From positions 1 through 64,000 of the IMG/VR virus record IMGVR_UViG_3300044846_005100: a stretch of DNA of 64,000 nucleotides; one strand, written 5' to 3'. Positions 9,969 to 19,608 of the stretch are shown piece by piece. The translations under genes and the position numbers were made by a program. The stretch comes from a virus. The notes under the pieces were generated by a model. That model was not told where the DNA came from, made no database searches, and saw only the letters and a list, made by a program, of their open reading frames with translations. Positions within the stretch are counted from its first letter, which is position 1; each line of letters begins with the position of its first letter.

Positions 9969-10198
9969 ACTCGAGAGATTTGATGACCCTTCGCCCAGTG
10001 ACCGTTGTCCAAGTCGACTACTACGGAGTTGATTTTGCTCCAATCGACAGACTCTCTGGGTTCCCCATACTTTTCTCCAGGTCTACATAGCTCTATGCCT
10101 ACCACTTTCGCTTTGCGCGGCGGTTCACTCCCGAATCCGCCACGCCACATTACAGTGTCTCCTACCTTTAGTGTGCTCATGTTACAAGTAGATTTCAC
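9965..10198 (-). CDS. hypothetical SH3-like protein
   Basis: LKVGDTVMWRGGFG motif. Confidence 0.55.
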   Translation of the reverse strand: MKSTCNMSTLKVGDTVMWRGGFGSEPPRKAKVVGIELCRPGEKYGEPRESVDWSKINSVVVDLDNGHWAKGHQISRV

Positions 10199-10427
10199 GT
10201 AGGATACTCACACTTCTCCACTCTCTCTTCTCAATATCGAAGAATCTAACAGACTTGTCAGAAGGGTTTCCTGTGCCCTTTGGATGATTCTCTGTGGGAA
10301 TCGTGGCAAGGTTTGTTGTGCCTACTGCTGTGCGTAGGGTTCCATCCACTTTCTTGAAAGCGAACTGTACGACTCCCTCTCTTAGGCGAGCGCGTAACGT
10401 TTCTGGTGTAATCGGTTCTAATACCAT
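10182..10427 (-). CDS. SH3 beta-barrel (WYL_2/DUF2693-like) protein
   Basis: GVVQFAFKKVDGTLRTAVGT...FFDIEKREWRS. Confidence 0.7.
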   Translation of the reverse strand: MVLEPITPETLRARLREGVVQFAFKKVDGTLRTAVGTTNLATIPTENHPKGTGNPSDKSVRFFDIEKREWRSVSILREIYL

Positions 10428-10535
10428 AATCTTTATGTTTTTAAGTTATAAGTAAATATAACCATTTTATTTTAATCTTGACAATTTGGTGGAAACTTTT
10501 TTGAAAGTTTTTCAAGAGACACGGTGCCATGATTC

Positions 10536-10763
10536 TTAATAATCTTCATCGTCTTCGTCCTCTTCTTCTGGATATCCATCCAACGAGACATCCCAATCGC
10601 CGTACTCGTCTCTGAACGCGATCCATCCATGGATATTAGGTCCAACTTCGCCGATCCAATCTTGGATACCCATGCGATCTTCTGGGTGGTTCTCTGAATT
10701 CCACTTAGCAAGGTCTGCTCTTACTAGGCTCCACCATTCCTGTTTACTTTTAGCTACTGACAT
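10536..10763 (-). CDS. hypothetical acidic protein
   Basis: Behind promoter at 10790. Confidence 0.55.
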   Translation of the reverse strand: MSVAKSKQEWWSLVRADLAKWNSENHPEDRMGIQDWIGEVGPNIHGWIAFRDEYGDWDVSLDGYPEEEDEDDEDY

Positions 10764-10933
10764 AATTGGTTTGTTATTAAGTTATAAGTAAATATAACCA
10801 TAATAATCGAATACTTAAAATTCTGGTGAAAAATTTTTACACAAAAGTCTAGAGACGCGATTACAAGTCTTGATCCAACCAAAAAAGAAAAGGCCCGATT
10901 ACTCGAGCCAATCCTTTAACTTAAAACAACTTC

Positions 10934-11332
10934 TTAATAATCTTCCTCTTCGTCCTCGTCGTAGTCCTCATCGTAACCTTGAGTATCGATCTCAATATCT
11001 CCAATATAAATTATTCCATCTTCCTCGCCCGTTTCAAAATGCTCTTCAAAATCGAAGATGTTACCTCCCATCTTATCGAGCTCACCTTCTGTTATATCAT
11101 CAACAAGTACACAACCAATCGATCCTGAATCTACTGGATACCCGTTACCCTGTTGGTCACTATAGAATCCATCTCCATGGGCGGTTCCATAGATCGCGAA
11201 CTTGGTCCCATCCTTCAGTTCGAACTCTCCGTCCAAACATTTGTGGTCCACGATGATGAGGTCACATACCTCGTCCCAACGGTCTCCTAGCACATAGCAT
11301 AGATCTCCAACATAATATTTCCCTGCTTTCAT
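10934..11332 (-). CDS. hypothetical phage protein
   Basis: YYVGDLCYV...TAHGDG...VDSGSIG motifs, acidic tail; behind promoter at 11358. Confidence 0.65.
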   Translation of the reverse strand: MKAGKYYVGDLCYVLGDRWDEVCDLIIVDHKCLDGEFELKDGTKFAIYGTAHGDGFYSDQQGNGYPVDSGSIGCVLVDDITEGELDKMGGNIFDFEEHFETGEEDGIIYIGDIEIDTQGYDEDYDEDEEEDY

Positions 11333-11449
11333 TTCTTTTTGTTTTTAAGTTATAAGTAAATATAACAATAATCTTTGATACTTGAAAATCTTAGGGTAAA
11401 GAAAGTCAAGAGACCTGGTAGCACAGGATAAATAATAAAAAATTACAGA

Positions 11450-11668
11450 ATGATGAAACGTGAAGTTAAGACATACGGTCAATTCGTGAACGAGAGCTTG
11501 TTTGGGCGCCACTCAAAACGTAAGGAGCTTAAGCGCGCTGCTAGGGAATGGGTCTCCACGACAGATAAAGAGGAGAGACGAGCGATAGAAGCTAGGCTTG
11601 AAGAAGAGGGACACGACATGGAGGATTTTACTCGAGCAATCGGCGATGCTTACGAAGAACAATGGTAA
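11450..11668 (+). CDS. putative internal head protein (capsid-targeting N-terminus)
   Basis: KTYGQFVNES; late promoter at 11427. Confidence 0.6.
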   Translation: MMKREVKTYGQFVNESLFGRHSKRKELKRAAREWVSTTDKEERRAIEARLEEEGHDMEDFTRAIGDAYEEQW

Positions 11669-11924
11669 GAGACACGGTAGCCTGCTCCTAGACAGGACTA
11701 CGGAGTAAACAACAAAGGGCCAGCTCTCGCTGACCCCTGTCTCTTTGGATATGTTCTTATTACAAGACTCGAAATCGGGTATGAGTAAGATCGAATTTCT
11801 CGCCCTCGATTACCCCGTCTCCAATAAACGTGATAATATCATTGAATACTTCGTCACCAATTGTAAACTCTACACGGGTTCCTACCGCAATCTCTATTTT
11901 TTCTCCTTTTCTAATTATCATAGC

Positions 11925-12126
11925 TTAATGGATTAAGTGGGTTAATCTTTGTACTAGGAGTTCGGGGCACTCGTCATAGTCTCCAGCGGAGTATTCCTTT
12001 ACGAGACCTGCGAATTTCTTGTTATTACTGACCGTGATTCCAGATTCAGCGGCCGCTTTAAAATGCTGAGTGCATGGCACGAATGAATTCAACTCGTGGA
12101 GCATGCTGAGTAGTGACGTCTCCATA
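11925..12126 (-). CDS. hypothetical protein (start corrected to METSLL)
   Basis: Track ORF over-extended through the promoter and another small ORF. Confidence 0.5.
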
Positions 12127-12436
12127 ATCAGAACTGGATTAAGTCGATGGCCATCTCTCCAATGCCCACGCCGTTGTGGGTAATCTCGTAGTTGGGGTCC
12201 ATCCCACTCTCTACAACGTCGCCGATGAGCGAGTCGATGGATGGAAACTCCTTTGTGTAGTAGTCGCAATTTAAACTGTACATAATCCTTTTGTTTTAAG
12301 TTATAAGTAAATATAACCAAAATCTTTTAAATAAGAAAATTTGGCGGAAACTTTTTGGTACAAAAGACTAGAGACCCGCTTGGATTAAGCAAAGAAAAAC
12401 CGGTAATAAACCGGCTCTTCTCCCTAATGAATATCT

Positions 12437-12622
12437 CTATACTAGGATAATTCCCAAATGCATGAGGTCTGCCTTAAGGATTAAATCCTTTGATAATTTC
12501 TCTTGTCCTGTTTGGGCGAATATCACAGAGGGTCCTTGTAAGGATATGATATAATCCTGATTAGTAAATCCAGCGTCCTTTAAGAATGCTTCTGCCTTGT
12601 CAATTAGTTTTTTCTTGTTCAT
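12437..12622 (-). CDS. hypothetical protein
   Basis: Behind promoter at 12645. Confidence 0.55.
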   Translation of the reverse strand: MNKKKLIDKAEAFLKDAGFTNQDYIISLQGPSVIFAQTGQEKLSKDLILKADLMHLGIILV

Positions 12623-12847
12623 ATCTTGTTTTTAAGTTATAAGTAAATATAATAATTTCTTATATATGTTGGTAGGAATCGGGTAATTAAATATCAAGAG
12701 ACCTGCTCAATTGTTAGCATACGCTTATCATCCAATTTTTCCAAGACATCTACCCGGATTCATCGAGTCTCTAAGAATTCTTGGAGACTCTTGGCCAGTC
12801 TGCATGAAAAAGCCCGATTTCTCGGGCTCAGTAATAAGGGGTCGATT

Positions 12848-13072
12848 TTAAATCTCAACCAACTCAAAGATTTCTGGTGTAAAATCATTTAAGTCACTCT
12901 CAACTACTTCAAAGTGAAAATCATCTTTACCATATTGGTCTATGATGATACCTCTTAGATTATTTCTGGCTAAGTCGATTGCCTCTTCTTCTGAATTGGC
13001 ATTGACCTTAAAGAAATAACTCATTTTCATTGTTGTGTCATCAGACAGAAGGGCTACATTAAATGTTTTCAT
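12848..13072 (-). CDS. hypothetical protein
   Basis: Behind promoter at 13099; VNANSEEEAIDLA motif common in small phage proteins. Confidence 0.6.
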   Translation of the reverse strand: MKTFNVALLSDDTTMKMSYFFKVNANSEEEAIDLARNNLRGIIIDQYGKDDFHFEVVESDLNDFTPEIFELVEI

Positions 13073-13421
13073 AATACTATTGTTTTTAAGTTATAAGTAA
13101 ATATAACTATAATCTTTAAATGGGTAATGCGTTCTAGAATAAAAATAGCTAGAGACTCTTTGATCAGACTCTTGATCCAATAAACCTAGTATAAATACAA
13201 TAAAGCAGAATAAGAGATGAGTGGTCAAGATCTAAAGATTGTAAGAGAGATTGAAGAGAAGTACGAAGAGAAGTATGGAAAGATTCAAGCGTGTTGTAAT
13301 CTATATAAGAATTACTGTCGTTGCTCAAAGGAGACACAGCAACAGGTCTCAGATAGGACTACGGAGTAAACAGCAAAGGGAGCCTTGTGAGCTCCCTTCA
13401 ACCTATAACTTAAAAACTTGA

Positions 13422-13652
13422 CTAGCCGAAAGTCTTCTTCCAACCAGCCGGTGAGATTCCCGAGATCAGGAACTCTCTGTCATCGGCACTAACCGACGGC
13501 AGTGCGGTCTGTATGTGCTCCCCTGCTTGGTGTCTCCAGAAACCTTGTGTAGGTACTTCACAACTGTATTCTTCTCCAGTAAAGACACACGGTCCAAATA
13601 CTCGTGTCTTGCCATTACCTAGGTCTTTTGCGTATAATTCTTTAGTCCTCAT
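13422..13652 (-). CDS. hypothetical phage protein
   Basis: IQTALPSVSADDREFLISGISP motif. Confidence 0.6.
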   Translation of the reverse strand: MRTKELYAKDLGNGKTRVFGPCVFTGEEYSCEVPTQGFWRHQAGEHIQTALPSVSADDREFLISGISPAGWKKTFG

Positions 13653-13941
13653 CTTCTTTGGATGTTTGGGTTTTTACTGGTCTATTCATCATTCATCATC
13701 TTCTTTAAGGTATTTTGGTTTACGTTTATAATTCTTCTTCGACTCCTCTACTCGCGCTACGAATCTACCATCGAAAAATCCTTGACTCTTCTGTGACTCG
13801 CGACTAGCTGTGAGCCTGATCTTGTGCGGGTCTCTAACAACCTTCTTCATGGTTATGGGTTTTTATTGGTCTATCCAGCTTGATTGAGCGTCTCCTTCTT
13901 TGGATCGCCTTAATTGATTTTCTGATTCTTCTATACATATC

Positions 13942-14154
13942 CTAGTTTCTCTTAATTAGTTCCAACTCAATGTTCGCAATCTCTGCTTTCCAAGTGCTAC
14001 GAATTATCTGTTTCGCCATTTCGTCAACTCCCTCAATCTCTTCAGTAAGAAGTTTATTAAGGTTTGATTTAATGTTAATAAGGAAGCTTGTCTCCAAATC
14101 AATTAGTGATCTGGTCATTGCGACATTGTGAATCTGTGTTTTTAAATTTTGCAT
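13942..14154 (-). CDS. hypothetical protein (start corrected to MQNLK)
   Basis: ATG after promoter at 14182. Confidence 0.55.
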   Translation of the reverse strand: MQNLKTQIHNVAMTRSLIDLETSFLINIKSNLNKLLTEEIEGVDEMAKQIIRSTWKAEIANIELELIKRN

Positions 14155-14272
14155 TATGCTCGATGTTTTTAAGTTATAAGTAAATATAACTATTTTATTT
14201 GAACAAGAAAAACTTTTTAGCACTTTTTTTCTACAAAATTTCAGATTTGTCTAGAGACGTTTGGAATCCAGG

Positions 14273-14572
14273 TTAATCCAAAAATTGCTTATATCTTGCA
14301 AGGAGATCGATTCGCAAGTCTCGGATCGCAGCACATTTCTCGTACTCTTCGATCTCGACAAAGCGCCCCTCCAATTGATCCAATTCGATAAGATGCTCTT
14401 GACACTCCTGTCTCAAGTAGTCAGGTCGGCCGCTAAAATATTCCAGAGCCTCGCTTAGTCTAGACTCATACTCGTCTTCGAGAGTCCATTGGAAAAAATA
14501 GATTCCATCACTGTTTAATACAATCTCCGATTCTAGATCGCGTGCCCACTCTTGAAAAGGTTTCTTTATCAT
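14273..14572 (-). CDS. small protein with C-terminal UVR-like motif
   Basis: EIEEYEKCAAIRDL. Confidence 0.55.
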   Translation of the reverse strand: MIKKPFQEWARDLESEIVLNSDGIYFFQWTLEDEYESRLSEALEYFSGRPDYLRQECQEHLIELDQLEGRFVEIEEYEKCAAIRDLRIDLLARYKQFLD

Positions 14573-14852
14573 CTCAATTCGGTTAATAATAATTTACCAT
14601 CGTGTAGGATTGACTTTACCGTGACTGTCCTGTCACCGTCTCTCCATCTGATACACAGGATTCCCAAGTCAGGAGACTCGTCAAGTATCTGTAAATCTTT
14701 GATATCGGGTACTACACCGTCGTAGTATTGGTCTAATATAGTTTGGATCTGTGCTTCCATAGTCGGTCTCCTTTTTATTATATACTCCAAATTGAGGGCA
14801 GGTTCCATAAAAAAATCCGGACTTGCCGGATTCTTGTCGGGTTGAGGTGTCT

Positions 14853-15065
14853 CTAATCTTCAAGTAGATCGTTGACTTCTAACTCAAACCAAAATCTCTC
14901 TTTCCATCTGTCAACTGATGCACCTTCAGTATTTACCACTCCCTCTTGAGTCAATCTGGATAGGACGATGATTCCTCTATTTAAGTTATCGCTCGCTACC
15001 TCTTTATTACCCATTACCAATGCCTCTTTAGCATTCATCATTAATTCTTTTACATTAGCTTTCAT
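14853..15065 (-). CDS. hypothetical protein
   Basis: Behind promoter at 15092. Confidence 0.55.
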   Translation of the reverse strand: MKANVKELMMNAKEALVMGNKEVASDNLNRGIIVLSRLTQEGVVNTEGASVDRWKERFWFELEVNDLLED

Positions 15066-15256
15066 AATCTTCTTTGTTTTAAGTTATAAGTAAATATAAC
15101 CAATCTTTTTAAACCTGTGAGAAAAAACTAAAAATAATTTTAAAAAAGACGGGAGACGCGATAGTCAGGTCTTGATCAAAAAAAGGTGACTACGGAGTAA
15201 ACAACAAAGGGCTGGCACAAGCCAACCCCAAGTCTCTAAACGGAGTATTGAATCCT

Positions 15257-15562
15257 TTATCGTTCCAATATCACGAAGCTTCCAAAGTACCGGTCGAATA
15301 CTTGCACCGCATTCTCATAGTCTGATGAGGTCATCTCTGCAATCACTTGATCTGCCAAGTTTTCAGGAAAAGCTTTGGTATCTGCTAGACCTAGCTCTAG
15401 TAGAATCCTATTCTGTTCACGATTAGTGTGCATCTCCTCCTCATACAGGTCCTTTACGTGGCGACTCAGTTGACGAGCGTATCCCATTAGCACAAATACG
15501 TTTCCGTCAGGTCCAGTAAGATCGATTACTAGTTCCTTCTGTTCTCTCTTTTTTCTTATCAT
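15257..15562 (-). CDS. hypothetical phage protein
   Basis: IDLTGPDGNVFVLMG...DYENAVQVFDRYFG. Confidence 0.65.
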   Translation of the reverse strand: MIRKKREQKELVIDLTGPDGNVFVLMGYARQLSRHVKDLYEEEMHTNREQNRILLELGLADTKAFPENLADQVIAEMTSSDYENAVQVFDRYFGSFVILER

Positions 15563-15563
15563 C

Positions 15564-15743
15564 TTAGTATCCTCTTTTAATTGTTTGTCTTACTTGTGCA
15601 ACTAATTCTTTCGCCTCTTCTCTAACCACAGTAAGGTCCGCCTCTGGTTTGTAAGTCTTAAAATAACTAACTATTTTTGGAACGTTTAACATTCCGGAGT
15701 TAATCAATTCTACAATCTCTGCTCTGATGTCTGATGTTTTCAT
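15564..15743 (-). CDS. hypothetical protein (start corrected to MKTSD)
   Basis: ATG after promoter at 15768. Confidence 0.5.
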   Translation of the reverse strand: MKTSDIRAEIVELINSGMLNVPKIVSYFKTYKPEADLTVVREEAKELVAQVRQTIKRGY

Positions 15744-16862
15744 ATCTTTTGTTTTTAAGTTATAAGTAAATATAACCAATTTATACAATTCGGTAATGCG
15801 TTTTAGGAATTAAATATCAAGAGACCCGCTTGATCAGGTTACATAAAAAAAGCGAACCGTTAAGTTCGCTCTTAATTTCTCCATTAGAGACCTGCTTATG
15901 GGTCTCCAATAGCTACACTATGGGAAAAAAGAAAGGCGAGTTTTGAGGCTCGCCAGTATATTAATTACAAGAAGATTGGGATACTTAGAACTCGAAGCTT
16001 GCAGTGCTATGAACGTTCCCGATAGCGATCTGAACGAACGCGTAGCCAATAGCAAAGATTACCATTGTTCCCAAACAGATACTTAACAATTGTAAGAATC
16101 TTAAAGTTACCATTTCAAAAGTTTTCATATACTTTATGTTTTTAAGTTATAAGTAAATATAACTATAATCTTCTAATCGGTAATGCGTTTTGGAATAAAA
16201 AAAGCTGGAGACGCGAGTCAACTAGATCTAAAAAAGGCGGGAGTAATTTCCCGCCTTCCTTATTTCCTTTGAGTCCGGTTGTACGCGACTCTTTGGCTTC
16301 GATGCTCCGCTCTTCGTACATCAAGTCTGTATCCGCGTGTCTCTACCCCGTTAGGTACAAGCCGAAGAGCCAGCCTAGCCAGCTCAACGGTAATAAACAT
16401 TCTAATCCCCATACCTATGATTCTAACTCCTCTTTAATATCCTCCTTTAACATCCACAAGAATCCAGGAGCAAGTCCTAATAATCCCCAATCATTACCGA
16501 AAGCAACCAATACTAATCCTGTCATCAGCGCTACCATAGTTAAAAATGTTTTCATAATCCTTTTGTTATTAAGTTATATAGTAAATATAACTATAATACT
16601 CTAATCGGTAATGCGTTTTCTAAACTAAATAGCTAGAGAGTACTCGTCATTCTTAGCCTAGCAAAAAGCTGTACTCCCCGCGAACCGAGCCTGATAGTAA
16701 ATATAACCAATCTATTCTAATCCCGACAACTTGCCTAGCATAAAAGTCTAGAGACCAGAAAAGGGGTTAGCATCCGCAAGACATCCACTTTTTCCAAGAC
16801 TCCTACCAGGATCTAGTCGGTCTCCTCGAATTCCAAACGGACTAGAGACGCTTATCACTGGT

Positions 16863-16966
16863 CTAGCTAAGCGCAAGAGACACTAAGCAACAGACTAGCT
16901 AAGCGTAAGAGACACTAAGCAACAGACTAGCTAAGCGCAAGAGACACTTGTGCACAGACTAGCAAG
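16863..16966. repeat. 32-bp tandem repeat x3 plus partial (CTAGCTAAGCGCAAGAGACACTAAGCAACAGA)
   Basis: Units start at 16863, 16895, 16927, 16959. Confidence 0.9.
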
Positions 16967-17709
16967 CTTGGCTAAGGGGTCAAGAGTCTAGCAGAGACGC
17001 GATTGGATTAATCTTGGCCACGCCAACCGGCAGACTGGCCAAGCTGACCTGGCCAGAGACCGGATTGGATTAATCTTTGCCCCAAGCGAGTGCCCTGCCG
17101 AGCGCCTGAGACCGGACTAATAGACAGCTAGCTGGCCCGGCTAGCCGAACTGCAGCTCCAGGTACGGTCCTGGCCAGGAGTCATGGACCAGCCGGCCAGA
17201 ATAGGCTCCTGGAGGTACTTTTTCAGCCCCTGGAGGCCCCTGGGAGCGCCTGGCCGAGCGCCTACCAGGACAGACTAGATAGGCTAGATAGACTAGCTAG
17301 CAATTTCGAGTTAAATTTTGTAACTATAGGCCATCCTGGCCCCGAAAATGTGAGCCCTCACCGGGCCCCGAGAATCCCCCATGGCTAGGAGCCCTTCCCC
17401 AGCCTTTTTCTCTCCCCTATTTTAATCTATATTGGAACCTGGGTATAATAACTAGGTAATGGAGAGTGATTCCTCTGTTTTCATTTATATTTTTAATGGT
17501 TTATTAGGTAAGAGGATACCCTGGGTCTATTAGACTCGGGGTTTCTTGTTTCTCTCCCGTGTACGTGTACACCCCTTATAATTATAGAGCACTGCAAATT
17601 TTGTGACCTCACCCCCTTGGATAAGTGTCCCCTCTCCACCGGGAAAAAAATCCCCCAGGAATTTTTAATTTGGTACCAGCCTTTTGTATAAATAACTAAA
17701 AAATAGATT

Positions 17710-18048
17710 ATGATGAAGAATCAAATTAAAAAGTTTGGACAATTCTTGAACGAGTCAGACCATGAATATAGATATAAGGGAGCATTCGGCGGGGATCTTG
17801 GCAGAAAACACAAAGGAATCGCAGTATGGGAAACCGGTGACGGCGTTGGCGGTACCAGCTGGTCAATGGTCTCTTTTGGTGGAGAGAGTATCGATATTGA
17901 AGAGGGCGAAGATGACTATACTGAAGACGGCGAGTTTTTAGGCTACGACAAGATCTTTAGAGCGGCTGCTGAACTTGGTGCAAACTCTGATATGGTATAC
18001 GATATTGCCAATGACGAGATGCTACATGCAGACAGCGGGAGAGACTAG
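17710..18048 (+). CDS. putative internal head protein
   Basis: IKKFGQFLNES; late promoter at 17687. Confidence 0.6.
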   Translation: MMKNQIKKFGQFLNESDHEYRYKGAFGGDLGRKHKGIAVWETGDGVGGTSWSMVSFGGESIDIEEGEDDYTEDGEFLGYDKIFRAAAELGANSDMVYDIANDEMLHADSGRD

Positions 18049-18129
18049 AAGATTATAACAGACTAGGGGCTGCTGATTGGCGGCCCTTTGTGGTATTCAC
18101 TGGATTTCCCCCTTGATAAATAAACTTGC

Positions 18130-18762
18130 ATGAAACATATTACTAAATATAGAGACTTTAGGGTGGTTCGAGAGTCTGAAGGGGATCTAGATCAGGAGAT
18201 GGAAGATCTTAAACAACTGGTCGATCTAGGTTTTGCCGAGCCTGGTGAACTTAAGGCAATGCACCGCCAAAAATATGGTACATCGCGTAGGGAAGAATTC
18301 CTTGCCTTGTTAAGAGGGGTATTTGCTGAGCTGGGTATTACTCCAACTGACTACACTACTGCTCGTCAAGAGAAGAACGGTACCTTCTACTTTCAATTGA
18401 CCCCGGCCCAGGTGGAAGAGATACTCTTTAGGTATCCGCTACCTCCAGGCTTAACGGGTAAACAGCTTTCCCGTATGGGGAGGTTAATGCGCGAGATGGA
18501 GCCCCTTCGTGATCTCCTCCGTGCCAAGACTGGCATTAATACTTTTCAAAACAGATACGGCGATCCAGGTAGATCTAGTCAATTCCAGTATTTTGTCTAT
18601 CCTCAAGATATCCGAACTGCTGCATACGATCGGCACCCTAACTCTTCGGGTTTTGTAAAGTTCGACGGTCAACTACCGGCCGACGAGATCCTGGCACGAT
18701 TTATCTATCAGCTTGCACTGGACGCCCATCCTTGGACAATTCGTCAGGCTCAGCAAAGATAA
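18130..18762 (+). CDS. putative internal head protein
   Basis: ITKYRDFRVVRES; EDLKQLVDLG segment shared with 21127..21690. Confidence 0.55.
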   Translation: MKHITKYRDFRVVRESEGDLDQEMEDLKQLVDLGFAEPGELKAMHRQKYGTSRREEFLALLRGVFAELGITPTDYTTARQEKNGTFYFQLTPAQVEEILFRYPLPPGLTGKQLSRMGRLMREMEPLRDLLRAKTGINTFQNRYGDPGRSSQFQYFVYPQDIRTAAYDRHPNSSGFVKFDGQLPADEILARFIYQLALDAHPWTIRQAQQR

Positions 18763-18785
18763 ATAATAAAAATTACCCAACCCTG

Positions 18786-19391
18786 ATGCTAAAATCATTC
18801 AATGAGTTTATTAACGAGGCCACCATTACAGCCAGCCCAGCAGATGCTGGTAATCTAGTTGGCATACTTAAAAAATATGTTGGTAAGAGGGAAGAGGGCA
18901 ATAATGCTGGCGAGATGGTCAAAGGTTTCCTTAAGTCAGTTGGACTCGGTACAGGTAATCCTTGGTGTATGGCATTTGTCTATGCAATCTTTGAAGAATT
19001 CTGTAAGAGCAAGTCACTAACTAGTCCACTATACAAAACTGGTGCAGTACTTACCTTTTGGAACGAGTCCAAGAAGAGGAGTCCCGAAAGTTGTATCGAT
19101 GCTAAGGCAGCAATTGCTGACCCTTCACTAGTAAAACCTGGACAGATTTTTATCAAGTCACGTACAGGCGGCGGTCATACGGGTATTGTGGTTAAAGTTG
19201 AGGGAGACTCCTTTGTTTCAGTTGATGGTAACTCTTCTGATCAGGTAAAATTAAATCGCTATAAGATTGCTAATATGCTAGGTTTCGTAGATCACTTTAA
19301 AAATCCTGAACTTTCAAATGGTATTGCCTCCCTAGCAGGTAGCATGATTTCAACAACTGCTCCAACTCAAGGAGGAGGAAAAGAGGTATAA
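18786..19391 (+). CDS. CHAP-domain peptidoglycan hydrolase, probably virion-associated (start corrected to MLKSFNEFINE)
   Basis: PWCMAFV, GHTGIV, VDGNS CHAP motifs; late promoter at 18758. Confidence 0.8.
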   Translation: MLKSFNEFINEATITASPADAGNLVGILKKYVGKREEGNNAGEMVKGFLKSVGLGTGNPWCMAFVYAIFEEFCKSKSLTSPLYKTGAVLTFWNESKKRSPESCIDAKAAIADPSLVKPGQIFIKSRTGGGHTGIVVKVEGDSFVSVDGNSSDQVKLNRYKIANMLGFVDHFKNPELSNGIASLAGSMISTTAPTQGGGKEV

Positions 19392-19608
19392 TTAGGATGG
19401 ACGGAGTATTTAGCGGTAATGTAATTAAGCACAGTGACTCGACTAAACGCGAAGTTCAATATGGGCCCCTGCCTACCCCTAAGATAGAGGATCCCCTAGA
19501 TAAATTAGCTAAAGCGACAATGGGTTCTTTCCCATACGAGGCAAATGGAGTAGTTGAGTGGAGACCTGAAAATATCCAGTTCCTAGGAAGTTAAAATAAT
19601 TCAGTATT

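Larger units (their letters stand above)
169..15202. repeat. Dispersed polar 14-mer ACTACGGAGTAAAC (169, 3060, 4156, 7106, 9731, 11697, 13358, 15189; variants 1261, 10020)
   Basis: Exact or near-exact copies read directly, all in the same orientation. Confidence 0.85.
81..16755 (-). promoter_or_regulatory. ~25 copies of early promoter (minus strand GTCTC-N45/55/65-TATATTTACT(T)ATAA); core at ~88, 838, 1229, 1991, 3819 (variant), 5023, 5693, 6232, 6894, 7711, 8131, 8721, 9574, 10454, 10790, 11358, 12309, 12645, 13099, 14182, 15092, 15768, 16155, 16583, 16699
   Basis: Plus-strand (TAAGTTATA)AGTAAATATA(AC) read at each site, usually ~25-35 nt upstream of a minus-strand ATG; resembles the Bacteroidota -7 element TAnnTTTG. 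Confidence 0.85.
1..16760 (-). other. Early/host-takeover gene cassette region: ~45 short minus-strand ORFs, mostly hypothetical, in promoter-gene(s)-terminator units
   Basis: Short co-oriented ORFs, each block preceded by the repeated TATATTTAC promoter and followed by GC hairpin + U-tract. Confidence 0.8.

Noticed and set aside
4885-15788. Shared N-terminal peptide VIFTYNLK in several track ORFs (4885, 5453, 7744, 8505, 11925, 13942, 15564)
   Set aside because: It is the translation of the repeated promoter GTTATATTTACTTATAACTTAAAA; true starts are downstream ATGs
527-16604. Plus-strand ORFs antisense to early genes (e.g. 527, 910, 3206, 3886, 10870, 16269)
   Set aside because: Shadow frames of better-supported minus-strand genes, without promoter or motif support
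81-16755. Regularly recurring ~20-bp repeat as a CRISPR array or integron attC array
   Set aside because: Spacing is gene-sized and irregular, the repeat is non-palindromic and sits at promoter position; no cas or integrase gene in the window
16863-16966. 32-bp repeats as a mini-CRISPR
   Set aside because: Units are head-to-tail with no unique spacers
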